DNA from: Candidatus Omnitrophota bacterium
Lineage (GTDB): Bacteria; Omnitrophota; Omnitrophia; Omnitrophales; Aquincolibacteriaceae
NCBI GenBank assembly: GCA_903856085.1
Contig: CAIOAT010000003.1
Location: forward strand, 173-64,172
Length of the DNA: 64,000 nt
Reading direction: 5' to 3'
The translations under genes were made by a program, and so were the position numbers. Of this stretch, positions 61,661-64,000 are shown in pieces. The first letter of the stretch is position 1. Each line of letters starts with the position of its first letter. The notes beneath the pieces were generated by a model. It made no database searches, was not told where the DNA came from, and was given only the letters and a program-made list of their open reading frames with translations.

Positions 61661-64000
61661 TGACAAGATTCTTTCCTTAAGAGATCTAGAGCGCATCAAA
61701 CAGGGCGTGGCGGGTCTTTTGGCGGTTCGTGACGATACCACTATTGCTCCGGGGGATGGACGTTACCACGTCATGCTGTGTTTTGGCACGGGATGCATCT
61801 CGTCCGGTGTCCGTGAGGTCAAGGAAGCATTTTCCCGGGAGCTGGCAAAACGGAATTTGACGGAAAAGATCACGTTGGTCGAGACGGGTTGCAACGGCTT
61901 TTGCGCCGGTGGGCCCATCGTGGTGGTTTATCCAGGCGGTATTTTTTATAATAAAGTCGCGGCCGAAGACGCTGTGGAGATCGTGTCCGAACATCTTGCG
62001 GGCGGTCGGCCGGTGGAGCGATTGATGTTCCGCAATCCGGTTACCGGAGAGATCATCCCTCAGTATCAGCAAATCGAATTTTTTTCGCGGCAGAACCTGC
62101 GAGTGCTCCACAATAAAGGCCGTATCTCGGCCGAGAGCATCGAAGAGTATATTGGACGCGGCGGTTACTTCGCCCTAGCCAAGGCTCTAGGCGAAATGAC
62201 GCCCGAACAGATCATTGCGGAAGTCAAAGCCTCGGGGTTGCGCGGCCGTGGCGGTGCAGGATTTTTGACGGGTCTGAAGTGGGAATTTTGTCGCAAGGCC
62301 GCGGGAGATGTGAAATACGTGCTTTGTAATGCGGACGAAGGCGATCCTGGCGCTTTTATGGACCGGAGTTTGATCGAGTCCGACCCGCATGTGGTGCTTG
62401 AGGGAATGATCATTGCTGCGCGTGCCATTGGGGCGGCTCATGGCTACATTTACTGCAGGGCAGAATATCCGTTGGCTCTGGAGCGTCTTCATAATGGAAT
62501 TGAGGAGTGTCGACGACGAGGGCTTCTGGGTGGCGATATCCTTGGGTCCGGATTTTCATTTGATCTGACTATCTCGAAAGGCAGCGGGGCGTTTGTGTGC
62601 GGAGAAGAAACGGCACTCATGCGTTCGATCGAAGGCAAGCGTGGCGAGCCATCGCCACGGCCGCCATTTCCAGCGAACAAAGGCCTGTTTGGCAAGCCGT
62701 CGGTGCTAAACAATGTTGAAACGTTCGGGAATGTGCCGCTCATTATTCGCAATGGGGCGGTGTGGTACCGCAGCGTGGGGACAGAAAAATCGCCTGGGAC
62801 CAAGATTTTTGCGCTGACTGGAAAGGTCAGCAACGTCGGGCTCGTGGAAGTCAACATGGGAACACCGCTGGGAGATATCATCTATGATATTGGTGGCGGT
62901 ATCCCGAATGGGAAGCGTTTTAAGGCCGCACAGATTGGCGGTCCTTCCGGCGGTTGTATTCCCAAGGAACATTTGAATGTGCCCGTGGATTATGAAGCCA
63001 TTGCCACGCTTGGAGCGATCATGGGATCGGGTGGTCTTATCGTTATGGATGAGGACTCTTGCATGGTGGATATGGCGCGGTTTTTCCTGGAATTTATTCA
63101 GGAAGAATCGTGCGGAAAATGTGTTCCCTGCCGGGTTGGGACCAAGCGCATGCTCGAGATCCTGGAGCGTATTTGCAGAGGCGAAGGTGAGGAAGGGGAT
63201 ATTGAAAAATTAATCAAGTTGGGTAGCCAGATCAAAGAAACTTCGCTTTGCGGCCTTGGGCAAACGGCTCCGAATCCGGTGCTTTCCACGATCCGTCATT
63301 TCCGGAAGGAGTACGATCAGCATATTCGCGAACATCACTGCGAAGCCGGTGTTTGCCCTTCGTTGGTCCGTGCGCCCTGCCAGAGCGCGTGCCCGGCTGG
63401 TGTTGATGTTCCGGGGTTTGTGTCGCTTGTCGGCGAGAAACGTTATACCGAAGCTCTCAAGCTCCACCGGGAACGGAATCCTTTTGCCGCGGTTTGCGCG
63501 CGCGTTTGTTTTCATACGTGTGAAGATAAATGCCGGCGGGCAAGCCTCGATAATTCCGTATCGATCCGCGGGATCAAACGTTTCATGGTGGACCAGGAAG
63601 TTGTTATGCAGCTTCCCGAGATACGGCATAACGAGCAGAACGCTAACCGGAAGATTGCGATCATTGGCGGCGGACCGTCGGGACTTTCCTGCGCTTATTT
63701 TTTGGCAAGGCTCGGCTATCGTCCCACGGTCTTTGAGGCCGAGCCTCGTCCAGGCGGGATGCTGGTCCAAACGATCCCGGCTTATCGGTTGCCCCGGGAA
63801 ACGTTGGCGCGTGAAATACGGATGATCGAGCAATTAGGCGTGACGATTGAAACAAACAAACGTCTTGGAAAGGATTTTACGCTCCAAGCACTGCGTGACA
63901 AAAAGTATGACGCGATTTTTATCGGCATCGGAGCACCCGAGTCTTTTGGACTTGGAATCATGGGCGAGGATGCCGACGGGGTCGTTATGGCCCTTCCATT
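61653..64000 (+). CDS. NuoF/HydB-like flavoprotein fused to a GltD/NfnB-like domain (runs off the window end; absent from the ORF track)
   Basis: ATG 61653 MPDDKILSL; CFGTGC..GCNGFC, GLRGRGGAGF, CNADEGDPGAFMDR, GAFVCGEETAL, ESCGKCVPCR, then PCQSACP, CARVC..CEDKCRR, IIGGGPSG. Confidence 0.9.
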   Translation, partial: MPDDKILSLRDLERIKQGVAGLLAVRDDTTIAPGDGRYHVMLCFGTGCISSGVREVKEAFSRELAKRNLTEKITLVETGCNGFCAGGPIVVVYPGGIFYNKVAAEDAVEIVSEHLAGGRPVERLMFRNPVTGEIIPQYQQIEFFSRQNLRVLHNKGRISAESIEEYIGRGGYFALAKALGEMTPEQIIAEVKASGLRGRGGAGFLTGLKWEFCRKAAGDVKYVLCNADEGDPGAFMDRSLIESDPHVVLEGMIIAARAIGAAHGYIYCRAEYPLALERLHNGIEECRRRGLLGGDILGSGFSFDLTISKGSGAFVCGEETALMRSIEGKRGEPSPRPPFPANKGLFGKPSVLNNVETFGNVPLIIRNGAVWYRSVGTEKSPGTKIFALTGKVSNVGLVEVNMGTPLGDIIYDIGGGIPNGKRFKAAQIGGPSGGCIPKEHLNVPVDYEAIATLGAIMGSGGLIVMDEDSCMVDMARFFLEFIQEESCGKCVPCRVGTKRMLEILERICRGEGEEGDIEKLIKLGSQIKETSLCGLGQTAPNPVLSTIRHFRKEYDQHIREHHCEAGVCPSLVRAPCQSACPAGVDVPGFVSLVGEKRYTEALKLHRERNPFAAVCARVCFHTCEDKCRRASLDNSVSIRGIKRFMVDQEVVMQLPEIRHNEQNANRKIAIIGGGPSGLSCAYFLARLGYRPTVFEAEPRPGGMLVQTIPAYRLPRETLAREIRMIEQLGVTIETNKRLGKDFTLQALRDKKYDAIFIGIGAPESFGLGIMGEDADGVVMALP

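Overview
A 64 kb bacterial chromosomal window with most genes on the + strand. It is probably from an anaerobic diderm; Candidatus Omnitrophota is an inference from gene content. It opens with a 5'-truncated giant secreted protein (haemagglutinin/TPS domain, beta-helix, 14 RCC1 repeats, apparently circularly permuted FecR tail). A long housekeeping stretch follows: glgC, lptG, comF, rpsU, hisS, aspS, phoH, ybeY, recO, dapL, folK, panC, panD, nadX, uvrA, cutA, a TMTC-like protein, XRE/comEA, glyQS, ppdK, a sigma-70 factor, apt, tRNA-Arg, xseAB, ispA, dxs, nadK, gltX, glnS, tRNA-Gln. The window ends in a flavin/Fe-S redox cluster (nfnAB, NuoE-like, NuoF-GltD fusion). The best candidate for an undescribed system is 49.4-57.8 kb: a synthase-dependent exopolysaccharide operon (TPR anchor, TPR-beta-barrel, PilZ-less BcsA-like GT2, GH26 lipoprotein). 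It is bracketed by two parallel 'split ferritin' gene pairs, each a free half-ferritin followed by a second half-ferritin fused to a signalling output (receiver-YvcK/GlmR, or PilZ). The intergenic DNA also carries two families of short palindromic repeats, and palindromic DNA sits in frame inside uvrA and glyQ. No CRISPR array, rRNA, transposase or integrase was seen. All calls come from motif reading by eye; no searches were run.
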